From Narcine bancroftii (lineage: Eukaryota), in NCBI RefSeq assembly GCF_036971445.1, contig NC_091474.1:82584001-82648000 (forward strand): DNA of 64,000 bases, in the 5' to 3' direction. Every line of letters starts with the position of its first letter. The first letter of the stretch is position 1. Of the stretch, positions 39,257 through 51,881 are shown piece by piece. The position numbers were made by a program, and so were the translations under genes. The notes beneath the pieces are model-generated. The model saw only the letters and a list, made by a program, of their open reading frames with translations, was not told where the DNA came from and ran no database searches.

Positions 39257-40867
39257 CCCCTCAAATAAGGAACAGATTTTCTCCTTCGAAATTCTAATCC
39301 TATATTAGCAAAGATAGAGGTTACATTGAGATTTAAGATTCTTTTATTGTTGTGTAGCAGAACATGTAATGTTACACAAAATTGTCTCCTGCCTGCCGTA
39401 AGGGATTGTCATTCGCCATTAAAAAAAATTGGATTAGTACTGGAGAAGAGCGAGGTGGTGTCAACCTGACCTTGGGTCGACATTTTATCACTGCTATCAT
39501 AGGAGCCAAAGGGCTTCTTATTAATCAATGTGTGACATTCCTCTAAAAGTTGTGGTGTTGGTTATGTGACAGAGAATATGTGATGTAGGGCTACGGTGTC
39601 TGATTAACATCCTACTAGTGAGCTGACAATTCTAAGCTGAGTTATGGCCAATTTCAGTAGGTGAATATAAATCACAGTTGCTCTTGGTAATGTATTCTGT
39701 TTATATTGCACATTAACTAACTCTTCATTTGAGGTCGTTCAATCCTCCCATTGTGTCCCCAGTTCACTTAGATCCAGCGTGACTGCAGCTTGAAGGAGAG
39801 GTGGCAGATCAGCTACCCCTCCTAGAGTCCATTATATTCTAAATTGCCTTTATTACATGTAGAGGAATTGCTCTGGGGTTGATTCCACTCTGATTTTCTA
39901 TCTGTGTCCCTTGAGAAGCCTCTCATCCTGATTTGATTTACATCTCCTTAATGGGCCCAGCTCTCTCGTAGCTGTTAAGAATCTGATTCATGGCTCACAG
40001 TGGAATAAAATTACTGTGATCTGCTGCAACTGAAGAGAACGAGGAAGGTGCGTTGGCCAGGACACCAGGAGTACAAACTTATTCTTCCTTCGTGCCTCAT
40101 GGAATATCGTATCCAGGCTGGACTGTGCTTTACTTCCCGACCAAATCTGGTACTAACTATGGATCACTCCCACGGGGCTTTTACAAAGCATCTCTCTGGA
40201 TGGTGTTGTCAAGACTCAGGTGGGCTTAAACCCAACACCATTTAAGCCAAACTGCCTACTAGAAGAGAGAGAGAAACTTGCGTTTGCATTGTGCCTTCTG
40301 TACACTTACTTCCAATATGTGGCACTTCTGCACTACTGGAAGCGTGGCAGGTAATCTGTGCACATGAAGAATCCAATCAAGCAATAGTGTTGTTATATGG
40401 ATAAATAGTGACCAATGAAATGGAGGGTGGTCATTCTCAAAATTTTATCCGTATAATCCATACCTTTCACAGGATTAGGCAGAATCTCAATGCACTGCTT
40501 TGGCTAACATTGCAGCTCATACAAATTATCGGGCCCTGTATAGTAAACGCAAAACAACCTGGTGACTTGAAATTAGCACAACTGGTGATTGAATCTTGTC
40601 ACACAATTCAATCAAAGTCATGCCATGGAATCTTTTCTGTCTCTCTGGCCAGACAGGATCTTGGTTTTAAACATTGATCAGAACATGACCTCAGATCAGC
40701 CATTCTCAACCTCTTTTTTTTTTGACAATGGCCCTTTTGGACTCTGCTCAAATTTTATGAGCCCCCTTCCCTGTGAAGCAGTCAAGTTTTCTCTCCTATT
40801 GACCACATGAAAAACATAAAAAGTGTTTGTTATGTGAGATCATATGATAACTGAAACCCTGGCAAAT

Positions 40868-41378
40868 TTCAACAGAACGTATGGTGAAAAGTGTGCTGAC
40901 CAGCTGCATCATGGCCTAATATGCGGACACAATGCCCTGAGCATAAAACCCTGCAAAAGGTAGTGGACACAGCCCAGGATATCACAAGTAAAACCCTCCC
41001 CACCATCAAGAACATCTGCAGGGAACGCAACCGTCGGAGAGCAGCAGCGATCATGGAGGATCCCCACCACCCAGCACACACTCTGTTTTCGCTGATGCCA
41101 TTAGGAAAGAGGTGTAGGGGCCACAAGACTCATACCACCAGGTTCAGTAACAGCTGCTCCCCCTCCACCATCAGACTCCTCAATGACAAACCCAATCAGA
41201 GTCTCACTTTGATTTTTTTCTCTCTGTATTGCAGTTTGTTTATATTTCTTTCTTTATTTAATGTGTACAGTTTTTTGCACTCTCAGTAAGTGGTCATTCT
41301 GCCTCACCTGCAGGGAAAAGAATCTCAGGGTTGTATGTGATACTGTATATGTACTCTGACGATAAATCTGAAATCTGA
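40868..41378 (+). mobile_element. Rex1/Babar-type LINE 3' fragment
   Basis: LQKVVDTAQDITSKTLPTIKNI...DPHHPAHTLFSLMPLGKR...TTRFSNS, with tail ATAAATCTGAAATCTGA. It interrupts a small hAT-like element (40697-41458). Confidence 0.75.
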
Positions 41379-41696
41379 GGGGAAAAGAAAACAAGGCTTT
41401 GACTTAAATGTCCTGTGGCCCGAGAGGGGGTCCGAGGGCCCCATTGAAAATGGCTGCCATAGATTTTCTTGATCTACAGCAGAATTCAAACATATACATT
41501 TCCATCTTGATCAAGACTAAATTTACACTGAGTTAAATCAGCATGTTGTGGAAAAGGCAAGAATTACATTTAAATAAAATCATCAGTAGCTCTAACTTTG
41601 TCAACTTATCCTCAAACAATTATTTCTTCAGCACAATGGCAGCAACAAACTTTTCTATAATTGCAGAATACAACTATTTGCATATATTAACCAAGC

Positions 41697-41906
41697 GATG
41701 TAAAACCCCTGTTATCCAGAATCTAGAAGCAACCAGCAGCCTCAGGGAAAAAATTTGCTGAAAATAAATAGGTAAAACATATTGAAATTTAAAATCAGCA
41801 TGCCTCACCATTAGTTCACCAATCATGTAACACACAGTCTCAAGCATCCGGAAAATTTACTTATCTAGCATCTACCAACCCCCATAGGTGCCCGATATCA
41901 GGGGTA
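41697..41906. mobile_element. TcMar-like MITE (relatives at about 38098-38319 and 57075-57252)
   Basis: Imperfect inverted ends GTAAAACCCCTGTTATCC / GATATCAGGGGT, and three homologous copies in the window. Confidence 0.55.
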
Positions 41907-41954
41907 CTTTTCTTGCCAAATGTATGAGGATTGAATATCAATGCACTAAACTAC

Positions 41955-41992
41955 ATTTTCTAACATCTTCTCTTTTACAAACCTAACTACAG
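41955..41992 (+). promoter_or_regulatory. 3' splice acceptor for the C10orf105 coding exon
   Basis: CTAAC branch-like motifs and a pyrimidine tract end in ctacAG at 41991-41992, 5 nt before the ATG. This implies an upstream non-coding exon. Confidence 0.65.
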
Positions 41993-41997
41993 GAACA

Positions 41998-42414
41998 ATG
42001 ACATCAGAGACCAAGAATGGGATGACTGTAATACCCAATGTTCTTAAGCTTCTTCTGACAACCACAGAAGCTCAAGAGAGGACTGAACCATCGCCTGAAT
42101 CCGTGGACCCTTTGCCGATAATCATAGCCTTAATGTGCATCTTCCTGCTCCTGGCAACGTGCGTCAGTTTTGTGGTCTTGTGTAACCCTGCAGGGCTCGA
42201 CAGTTCCCGCCACGACCCTTACGAATGTATGCCCTACCACATTGAGGATGCCAGTGAGCCCCGGTTAAAATTGTGAAAACGTTTGGGGTCCTTGAGGTGG
42301 TCAATAAACAGCTTCAAGCGGAATCGACCCCTCGTCCAACCTCCGCAAACTTCTGCAAGTCAGTCCCAAGGTGACCAAAATGACTCAGACTTTGCAGAGT
42401 CCACAAAAATGTAA
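41998..42414 (+). CDS. C10orf105: C10orf105 orthologue (small single-pass membrane protein) nested antisense in CDH23, with one in-frame TGA at 42274-42276 (possible pseudogene or null allele)
   Basis: Translates ...DPLPIIIALMCIFLLLATCVSFVVLCNPAGLDSSRHDPYECMPYHIEDASEPRLKL*KRLGSLRWSINSFKRNRP...DFAESTKM*. Recalled human: DPLPMLIALACIFLLLATCLLFMTLCKPAALDPS...ECMPHH...SEPQLRLWKRLGSLR...YMESTKM. The human gene is also nested antisense in CDH23. Confidence 0.9.
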
Positions 42415-42659
42415 AGGTCCAGTGACTGAAAAACTTGCTTCGTGATAAGGACCAGGGATTAAAAGTCATTAAAAAAAATTAAAAGCATGGTCGTCCTATT
42501 CAAGGGGTCTATAATTCTTCTCTTGATGATGGAAGTCACAACACTGTCACTATCTTCCTACCAGCAAACTCATTCATGCCCCATTAGTTATTGATGGTCT
42601 CAGCACTCTTCTGCAGAGTCCATCCACCTGGTCCAACTGCTGTCGGCTCTGTATAGGCT

Positions 42660-42665
42660 AATAAA
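42660..42665 (+). terminator. Candidate polyadenylation signal of C10orf105
   Basis: AATAAA about 250 nt after the TAA, followed by T/GT-rich sequence. Alternative hexamers exist nearby. Confidence 0.3.
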
Positions 42666-43205
42666 CGGCCTGTTACAGGAGCTGACAGTGGTTTATTTTA
42701 AAATATCCACATAAAATTTAAACCTTTAAATGATCATTTGTTATTAAAATATTGTGATTTGCTTTCAACAGCATTCACTGGTCAGTGGTAAGTGCCAGAT
42801 TATTTTATTTTGGAGTGGGGGGCGGGGGGGGGGGGGGGGCGGTTGTCTTTTCCAAAGGTTATTGCTCAATATTGAAATTCCAGGGTCATCCAATAGACAA
42901 GTCATCCAAGACAACAGCAAATAAAGGAATTCAGTTTCTCTGAGCTATGAATAAGCAGAGCAGCAAACCAAAAAGCAGGAGTAGGGAATCCAGACCCAGG
43001 CCTATTCCACCATTCAACATGGTCATGGATGATCACCCACTTCAGGACATCCCAACAACATCACATATCTCTTGAATACCTCAGCATTCAATAGTTCAAC
43101 ATCCTTCTTAAATATATTCACTGACTTGGTCACTGCCTTCTGAAGTGGAGAATTCCACAGGTTCATCACTTTAGAGGTGAAGTAATTACTCCAGATCTTC
43201 TAAAC

Positions 43206-43347
43206 CAGTGGCTCTCAACCTTTTTCTTTCCACTCACATACCATCTTAAGTCATCCTTACTAACCGCAGAACACCAATGCCATGGGTGTTCAGAAAGGGA
43301 TTACTCAAGGTGGTTTGTGAGTGGAAAGTAAAAGGTCGAGATCCACT
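43206..43347. mobile_element. Short hAT-type MITE inserted in a CR1 fragment
   Basis: CAGTGGCTCTCAACC...GGTCGAGATCCACTG flanked by TTCTAAAC and TTGTAAAC (8-bp TSD, one mismatch). Confidence 0.75.
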
Positions 43348-46159
43348 GTTGTAAACTATATCCTGAGGCTGTGACCCCAGGGTCTCCAACCATCAGGGAC
43401 ATCCTCCCTCTATCTCCTCCGTTTAGTCTGTGTTGGAGTTTTGTCAGGTTTACACTGCCACAGTTTAGTACAGGTATGCATCGCTTAACGTCCATGATAC
43501 GATCTGTGAAATTGGGAGTAATGAGATGTGGGCGTTGTGTGAACACCATATTACTATATATACTTCGCAAAGCTATATGGGATACTGAACTTACACTAAG
43601 TTAAACTATTTAGTTTTTTTTTTCACTTTTTAAACTTTTGTGCAAACACCTACTTCGCCTAATTTGAATAAAGCCTTCAATCACTGGTCTACAATCTACA
43701 AAAACTGGCCACTTCTTTCATTGTTGTTTGTCATTTTCTATCTCATGTAAAAGCTAAATTTAAGACATCAGGAAATTCTTTCCCATAGAACAAATGAACA
43801 TGAGCTGGATCAGTGTTAGAGGTAAGCCCACGGGAACACATATCCAGAAATAACATCATAATAGGGCTTATTTCAAATGGATGGACAAAGATTGGGAAAA
43901 TGCCTTTCTTTCCCACACCAATGCTTGAAATCTACAATTAGGTAAAATAATAAGCGTGACATGTACTGAATGAAAAGCAACCATTCAAATAATCAATGGC
44001 TACAGAGACCGTGCATAGTTTATCCACCAAATACTCTAACCCACTCAACCACTCAGCACAATTGACAAACCATCCCCATCAACAGCAGGTAACTCACTAT
44101 TCAATGCTCTTGGTCACCAATCCCATTTTACAGACTGCAGTCCTGAAATGCAATAAATTGCCTGTCATCAATGACTGAATTATAATCCCAGAAACAAAAT
44201 GGCACAATCATCTTGGGAGAAATTAAATACTGTATTCACTTTGTTGTGAGGTGCAGGTGAAATTTCAGCTGTTCCATTGAGATGAGTTTGGTAGGCTTGT
44301 GTATCTGATACAGGTACAATAACTACCTGCATTGAAATAAAGCTTAAAGTGTGGGGCACGTTCATAAAAACTTGCAGCCCAAAACAGATTTGATCAAACA
44401 GCAAGCATTCTTGTCAGCTCGCTCGAGGAATGAATCAATTAAGCTGAAAATAGTACTGAAAAGATTCATGAGGATGATTCCAGGACAGGAGGGCTTGAGT
44501 TACAATGATTCTCCCTCTCTGTTATGACCCCCCATTTCAACCTCTTTGTTTCACCCCCTCTGTGGATAGGATGTGGTGTCAGAAACTGAGGGTGAACATA
44601 CAGGGGTATATAAATTCACAAGGGCACAGATAAGATCTATTATCATATTTTTTTTCGCCGAGGTTTGGGGAGTCTAAGACTGGCCATAGATTTAAGGTGA
44701 GAAGGGAAAGATTTAAGAGTCTCAAGTGGCAACTTTTCTCCCCAGAGGAAGTGGTAAAGATGGGTGCCGTTACCACAATTAAAAGACATTTAGAAAGGTA
44801 TATGAATGGGAAAGGTTTAGAGGGATATTAGTCAAACACAGGCACATGGGATGAGATAAGGTGGTTAATTTGGTCAGAGTGGGGTGGAGGGTCTGTTTCT
44901 GTGCTAGGTAACTCGATGATAGGACCTTCCTTCCAAATGCCAACTTCATTCCTGTTTCTGCCAATCAATTAACCCATGTTAGGTTCATAACCCTACGCCG
45001 TTGCCTATCCTCTTCCAGGTGAGGCAGTACTTTGCTTGTGGGACTGTGGGGGTCGTCTGCTGCATCCGGTGCTCCCAATGTGGTTTCTTTGTAGAGACTG
45101 GGCGTAGACTGGGAGATTGCTTGGTTCCATTTGAGCACCCTCCAACCAGATGGCATTTATATTGATTCCTCCAGCTTTCATTAGCACCCCATCACTTATT
45201 CCTCCTTTCCTCTCGCTTTGTTCCTCTTTCCCTTTTCTTCCAGATCTGCACTGACAGAGCATCCCCCTCCTCTGATCCTCCTCCACATTTCCTCTCCTAT
45301 CCTCCTCCACATGCCTTTCCTTCCTTCTCCCCAGCCTTTCAATGCAGGAGCCTGCCCGCATTTTACTCACATCTCGAAGGACTCAGGTTAAACGTTGGTG
45401 ATGTATATCTTTACCTCATATGGATGCTGAGAGACCTGCATTTCTGTGTTCCCACTTTTAGTGAGAGAGTGCTACCACCAGCAGGGGTCAGAGATGGAGT
45501 GTGTGGCGTCTGGGGAATGTTGCATATTGGGAATCTGAGTAAATTCAAAATGGACGCCTTCCCATGACGTCTTCATGCATCTGTTCTGTTTTAGTGCTGT
45601 TTGTTTAGTTAATAAATCTAGTTGTTTTAAAAATAACCCAAGTTTCTTTATTGTAATGAAAGAAACAATACACCACTGGTTATGGATTTTCCATGCTCTG
45701 AGTCAATCTACCTTCTCCTATCTTTACCATTCACAGAATATGAAGTATGAGAAGGATGGCTGCTCATGCATGGGATGGGCAACAACTGAAATGATAGCTC
45801 TTGTTTCAGGAGGAAGGGAAAGCTTGAAGGTGGGGATGATTCAGCAATCTGCTCCAGTTCTGTAACTGAAAGATAAGGTTCTCCAGGTAAATGGCAGTGG
45901 GCAGGTTGCTCAGCAGCTGAATTACAGCCACGTGCTCCATCTTCATTTGAACCAAAGCAATCTAGCATCCTGAAGGTCAGATTTGAGGAAGAATTAATAG
46001 TGAAAACATACAACGTCAATTGACAGCTAATGAGGTGCCTGGGGAAATTTTAAAGGTAGTGAGAAGTTGATGCAGTAAAGGGAATTTGATCATCAACAGT
46101 TGTTCATGCAAAGTGGATTGACATCACTTTCCAAAGCGATCTGGATACACATTTTAAAA

Positions 46160-46395
46160 TTTTAAATTTAGGCATACAGCACAGAAACAGGCCTACGAGC
46201 CAGTGCTGCGCAATGATACCCAATTAACCTACAACTCCCGATACATTTTGAAGGGTGGGAGGAAACCAGAGCACCTGGAGGAAACCAACACAGACATGGG
46301 GAGAACGTACAAACTCCTTACAGACAGCACCGGATTCAAACTTGGCTCGCTGGTGTTGTAATAGTGTTACACTAATTACTATGTTAATCTTACCC
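46160..46395 (-). mobile_element. tRNA-derived SINE (same family at about 6965-7180, 9895-10070, 16400-16640, 19855-20075, 37060-37437 and 62355-62583)
   Basis: Shared GGTGGGAGGAAACCGGAGCACC...GGGAGAACGTACAAACTCCTTACAGACAGC core and reverse B box. Confidence 0.75.
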
Positions 46396-47279
46396 TGGGC
46401 AATAAAAAGGCATAGGTTCTAGTCATAGATATTTGGAAATGTAACTGATGCTTTCAAGAAGTTCCTCAGAATTGACACCATAGTGAGAATGGAATGACAA
46501 CCTTCTTCTGTCAACTGTACTTTGAAAGAGAATTCTATAGAACACCACCAGCACAACATTTTTCTCAATCATTTGCTATGTTGAGCTATGACTCCCAAAC
46601 TAGAAGAAAGCACAGGAACTCAAATCCATGGAAAAAGCACAATCCAACCAAACTGTAATGCTTTTAAATTCCAAGTAAAGTGTCAAACACAAGGGAAAAT
46701 AGATCTGCATTTATATGGCACTGTCCAAGCTATTCTAAAGTGCTTTTAACCAATAAACTCAATTTGAAACGTGGCTTCTATGATAATATTTATATGGTGT
46801 TCAATATCTGCACTGTAAACTCTCACAAAGTGCAAGGTGAGAAGTGTAGCAGGTCAGCTTCATGGTCTTCACAGATGGGTAAATATTAGCTCAAACACAC
46901 AGACATGCTGCAGGAACTCAGCCAGTCTAGCAACGTTCATAGGAGGTGAAGATATATTACCAACGTTTTGGGCCTGCGCACGTCTTCAAGGTAGAAGCAA
47001 AGATCAGGAAAGCGCCAAAATAAAGAGACTGGAGACTGGCCAAGGTCGGAGTCCAGACCACAAAAGGTGTTAATTGGATATGATAAAAGGAGAGGTGAGA
47101 ATTGAGTTTGTCTCTGTGAAAGGAGACAGAGGGAAAGGAGATGAATATTGGCTACCTGGATCCCCCTGAACTTTGAGATGATGTTACGAGGATGACTCCA
47201 CTGGTTTTGGCAGTTTAATCTTGCAACCCATCCAAAAAGTAACAGTTAAGGAGCCATCTAACTTCAGGAAAGATATGAG

Positions 47280-47747
47280 TAAGATTGAAAAATTTACAAG
47301 GCTGTTGCCAGGACTTGAGGCACTGTGTTGCAGGCAATGGTTAAACAGGTTCAGACTTTATTCCCTGTAGTATGGAAGAATGTGGGGAGATTTGATAGTT
47401 ATACAAGATTATGAGTGTATGGATTGAGTACATGTAAGCAGACTGTTTCCACTGAGGCTAGCTGAGGCAATAACTGGAGGACATGGGTTAAAAGTGAAAG
47501 GGGGGATATTTAAAAGGAACATGAGGGGATCTTCTTTACATAGAGAGTGGTTGGAGTGTGGAACAAGCAGTCAGCCTGAAGTGGTGAACATGGGAACCAT
47601 TTTGACATTCAAGAAAAATTTGATTGAGTACATGGATGGGAGGGGCATGGAGGGCTGTGGTCTGGGTTAATGGGACATGGCAGAATAATAATTTGGCATG
47701 GACTTGATGGGCTAAAGGGCTTGTTTCTATACTGTAGTGTTTGATGG
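47280..47747 (+). mobile_element. Degenerate CR1-like 3' fragment (similar relics at about 33640-34020, 44460-44905 and 54860-55200)
   Basis: Nucleotide similarity to the other CR1 3' ends in the window. Confidence 0.65.
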
Positions 47748-47755
47748 TTCTAGTC

Positions 47756-48134
47756 CAGTGGTTCTCAACCTTTTTCTTTCCACTCACATACCACTTTAAG
47801 TCATCCCTGTGCCATCAGTGCTCTGTGATGAGTAACGGATTGCTTAAGGTGGCATGTGGGGGGGGGGGGGGGGTGGGGGGGAGGCAAAGAAAAAGTTTGG
47901 AAACCACCTAATTGACTCTTTATGTGCAGTTTCATAACTCCAAAGGTAATGGGCCAATAAAAATGTTTCTCAAGCAAAATATTTCAGTAACAATTGGGTC
48001 TAGAGCAGTGATTCTCAGCCTTCCCTTCCCAATCACATACCACCTTAAGCAATCTCTTACTCATCACAGGGCACCGAAGGCATAGGGATGACTTAAAGTG
48101 GTATGTGAGTGGAAAAAAAGGTTGAGAACCACTG
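47756..48134. mobile_element. hAT-type MITE
   Basis: TIRs CAGTGGTTCTCAACC / GGTTGAGAACCACTG with a perfect 8-bp TSD TTCTAGTC (47748-47755 and 48135-48142). Internally built from two palindromic subunits. Confidence 0.88.
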
Positions 48135-49254
48135 TTCTAGTCCCTCGATGCCAAGATAAACTTATTTTCCATTCAAACGACAGAATCTGATCAGCCAGAG
48201 GAAGGATTGCTGTCTTCCATACAGTGGCTGGTGTGACAAAATGAAAGGTGGCGAATGGGGTATTTCTCCCACCTTAAATCCAGATCCCTTGAAGTGAAGT
48301 TTGCATTTGGGGCTCGAAGGGGCAAGTTGTGCTGCCAGCACCACTGTCATACATGCAAACCTGCCTGACCGAATTGCATCTATCCTGATTTTTATCTCCT
48401 TTCAAGTTATTGTATATGTCGATGTATTGGACAATCCTCGAAACTTAAAAATGTCACCTCAAAAATCAGTGATCGTCTTATATTCCAAATATAAAATCCA
48501 AACATTGACAGTGAAGTCCCAACACCACTGCTTGCTTTTCGTGCTGTTGTAGTGGAGAATACATTTACAAATGTGTTGGGCTTTTTGATCATTTTCACAG
48601 AAACTGTCTTGATGCCAGTCCAAGACACTGACCTTGTGTAAGATTTCAGATAAACAATTTTCGAGTTAAAATCCCAGTGTGGCACTTATTCATAAATTCT
48701 GGGTCAGTAAGCGAAGGGTTATTTTGTACTGCAGCATGAAAGCAGTGAATGAATGGCACAAAGGTTAATAGAAATGATTTATAAAAACACCAAACTATTA
48801 TCGCAGCAAAGACAAATAATACCCAAGATCTTTTTAGGAAGGTCAGGATCACAATGCTCTTTATGGAAAAAGTATTCCTCTCTAATTCAAGTCTCATTAA
48901 GAAAAGAGAGCGACTTTGACAATGATACTGCCAGAGCAGAATGATCTTAGTTGCCAGAGCTACAATATTGCTGAGCTAGCTGATCATGTATCCATTCATT
49001 GTTTGTGTGCAAAATTCACTGCAAAATTCTCAAGTGGATGTTTCCCCTGGTTAACAAACAGGTAGACCCTGACATCATCAATTGAAATTGGGTGAAACAA
49101 ACGTGAGATTTGCTGGAAAAACACCATGAGATTTTGCCAAAAAATGCAAGAACAAAACCATCGTAACGTTGAAATATTGTACATTGGGACATCGTAAGTA
49201 GGGGTCTATCTGTTCCTAGCTCGTGTTGAAAATGATACCAGGTTTGTCGTCATA

Positions 49255-49757
49255 CCATTATGGTTTGGTATGAGGACACCAATATCCTTGAGCATAAAGC
49301 CCTGCAAAAGGTAGTGGGCACAGCCCAGGACATCACAGGCAAAACCCTCCCCATAATCAAGAACATCTATAGGGAACACTGCTGTTGGAGAGCAGCAGCA
49401 GTCATCAAGGATCCACACCACCCACCACACGCTCTGTTCTCGCTGCTGCCATCAGGAAAAACATATAGGTGCTACAAGACTCGCACCACCAGGTTCAGGA
49501 ACAGCCACTACCCCTTCACCATCAGACTCCTCAGTGACAAACTCAATCAGGGTCTCAATTAAGGAGTCTTACTTTGCACATTATTGATTTCTTTTTATCT
49601 CTGTATTGCACAGATACATTTTTACATTTTTTTCTTTGTATACATGTGCAGGTTGAGCAAGGTTTTGCACAAGTTATAATTCTGCTTTAGCCACAAGGAA
49701 AAGAATCTCAGTGATGTTCAGTCATGTACGTACCCTGACAATAAATCTGAAATCTGA
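49255..49757 (+). mobile_element. Rex1/Babar-type LINE 3' fragment
   Basis: VWY...KALQKVVGTAQDITGKTLPIIKNIYREHC...DPHHPPHALFSLLPSGK, with the same tail as 40868-41378. Confidence 0.75.
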
Positions 49758-50992
49758 TAAACTGTGTCCAGAGTGCATGTGCACCAAAATTCTTACTTGC
49801 TGCAGCGAACAGGTAAAGAAGAACTATAATACCAAACTAACTGGATTAAATTAAGAGACAATAAATACACAGGATAGATAGACAATAAATATTCACATTA
49901 ATCAGAGTTCAAAATAAAGGAACTTGTATTAGTGTGGTCAGCCCTTTAGTGACGTTTGAGCATTTTATTATGTTTTTTACACATTTACTGCTTTCCAGGA
50001 AATTATTCCCAATTTCTCAGAACACAGACTGGGTAAAAAGATTGGAACGGGAATAAGGACTCATTCCCGATCCAACATTTTACCTCCTTGACCCCTAGAT
50101 ATTTTCATAGATTGTCTGCAGTTTAAACTGAAGAGAAGGTGATCCGTGTACAATGGGTTAATGAATCTGATTCCCTACTTCACATTGATCGTTAATTAAA
50201 TGCCCAGATTGTGTCATTTATTTTGAAATTTATCAAATAGAATACTCATTAGAAATGTAAAACTTTTAAAATGATGCAACTCTGAGTTGTTGAACCTTGC
50301 TCCTGTTGCTTCTTCTTTTCTATTTTCTTTCTTTTTATCCCTTTTCTTTTGAATCTGGGGAAGAGGTGCTGGTCGAAGAGGGACTCTCCTTTCCTTTTTT
50401 TTCTGACCTTATGAATGTTTTTCTATGATTTTATATTCAATGTATTATTGTGTTACGATATTAATTGAACCCTATATTCTGTATTCTTAAAACAAATGAA
50501 ATATATAAAAAAATCACGGACTAATGAACAGGACGTCCAGCCTCCTTAAATACTGCACTTCAGGTATTCTGTCTAAACTCCTGTGTAAACGGCCACTCCT
50601 GGAATGTAGAGAGACACTTCAGAAAGGCAAAATCATGCAAGGCCTATGCAAAAAATGTACAAGTTTCAGGATTAAGTGGAGGTCTGATAGCTGGTGGAAA
50701 GAATAAATAAACTGAATGGAGAAATGAGATCATGCCTCAAAGGAATGTCCAAAAGGACAATTCTAATCAATGTTTGAATGTAGCAATCATCGTGATGAGG
50801 TTTTAAAATTTAAATGATTGCAATTTCAAGTAAAGGTAGGACAGGAAGTCTTAAAACAATTGGTAGAGCAGGAATATTAGAGTATAGGTGCAGGAAATGC
50901 CAAGAAGCTACCTGATGGTAAACACCAGTAATTATTTAACTGACCAATTAGAAATTAGTTTTCTGACTGTCAATATTAAGATACACAAATAA

Positions 50993-51115
50993 CGCTGGAC
51001 AATGAAGATTTTGTTTCCTGAACACTTTTGGGTGCATTTTATGGATTTAGGGCTGCTGATCATGTACCTTAGATATTACTTGTTTTTATGATTGCCTGTT
51101 ATATTTTAAGACTAC
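50993..51115 (+). mobile_element. 5' end fragment of the same Chapaev3-like family
   Basis: taa|CGCTGGACAATGAAGATTTTG...GCTGCTGATCATG matches the 5' ends at 5384 and 9234. Confidence 0.65.
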
Positions 51116-51304
51116 TAGGGTATTGCCCACAAAGCAGGCTATTTTTGTCAGTCCAAGCAGGCCGGGGCATGTACTCAGTGCAGGTGCTATGCAAATGTTG
51201 TCTTTGGCCTGGGCATGATTAGTCAGGATAGATGCAGACAGCTCACCTGTACAGATGCTGTGCATTACATTGATGAAGATTGAATTCACGTTGATGCAAA
51301 TGTT

Positions 51305-51881
51305 TGTATTGGGAAAAGTTGTGGCTGTCATGTGACAGCACTGCCCCCCTACCTCGTTGGAGGACACACCAGCTGCCAATCAAGGTTTGGTTCCGCCTCA
51401 CCCATTAGTGCACACCTTGCTGTTGGCCATATGTAAATTACTTGGACTGCACTCTGCAGCCTGCCTGTACTTGGCCTTGGGCCATTGGCTGTTGTAATTA
51501 GATTAACCCTCCTCCCACTGAGCTATTGGCCCCCAGTAAATGATGTGGGCTTGTCCCTCCAGCACTATAAAGGTACCTTGTGCTCTTGGTTCTTTCTCTT
51601 TGCCAGCTCGGGACCACCCTGCTTCACTCCAGGCCTAGAAGGGTTGGGAGCATTTAATTAGTGTCCCTTGTAGCATAGAGCCGTGTCTGCAGAGTCGAGG
51701 GGTGGTGGGGCGTCGTAGTGATTTTTCCCTGATCATTGTATGTACCAGTTCATTGGGTGTGTTATGTGTGTGGGTGTTCTACATCAGTTGCCTTCTGTAA
51801 ATAAAATCCTTCCCCACATCAAAACTGCGTTCAGAGTCCTTGCCTTTGAGACCTACCAAACCTGTTTCCTCACTCACAACA
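51305..51881 (+). mobile_element. Solo LTR (577 bp)
   Basis: Starts TGT, ends ACA, with a perfect 5-bp TSD ATGTT (51300-51304 and 51882-51886). TATAAAA near 51565 and AATAAA near 51800. Confidence 0.8.

Noticed and set aside
42274-42700. Selenocysteine interpretation of the C10orf105 TGA
   Set aside because: The aligned residue is Trp rather than Cys, and I see no convincing SECIS hairpin in the 3' region.
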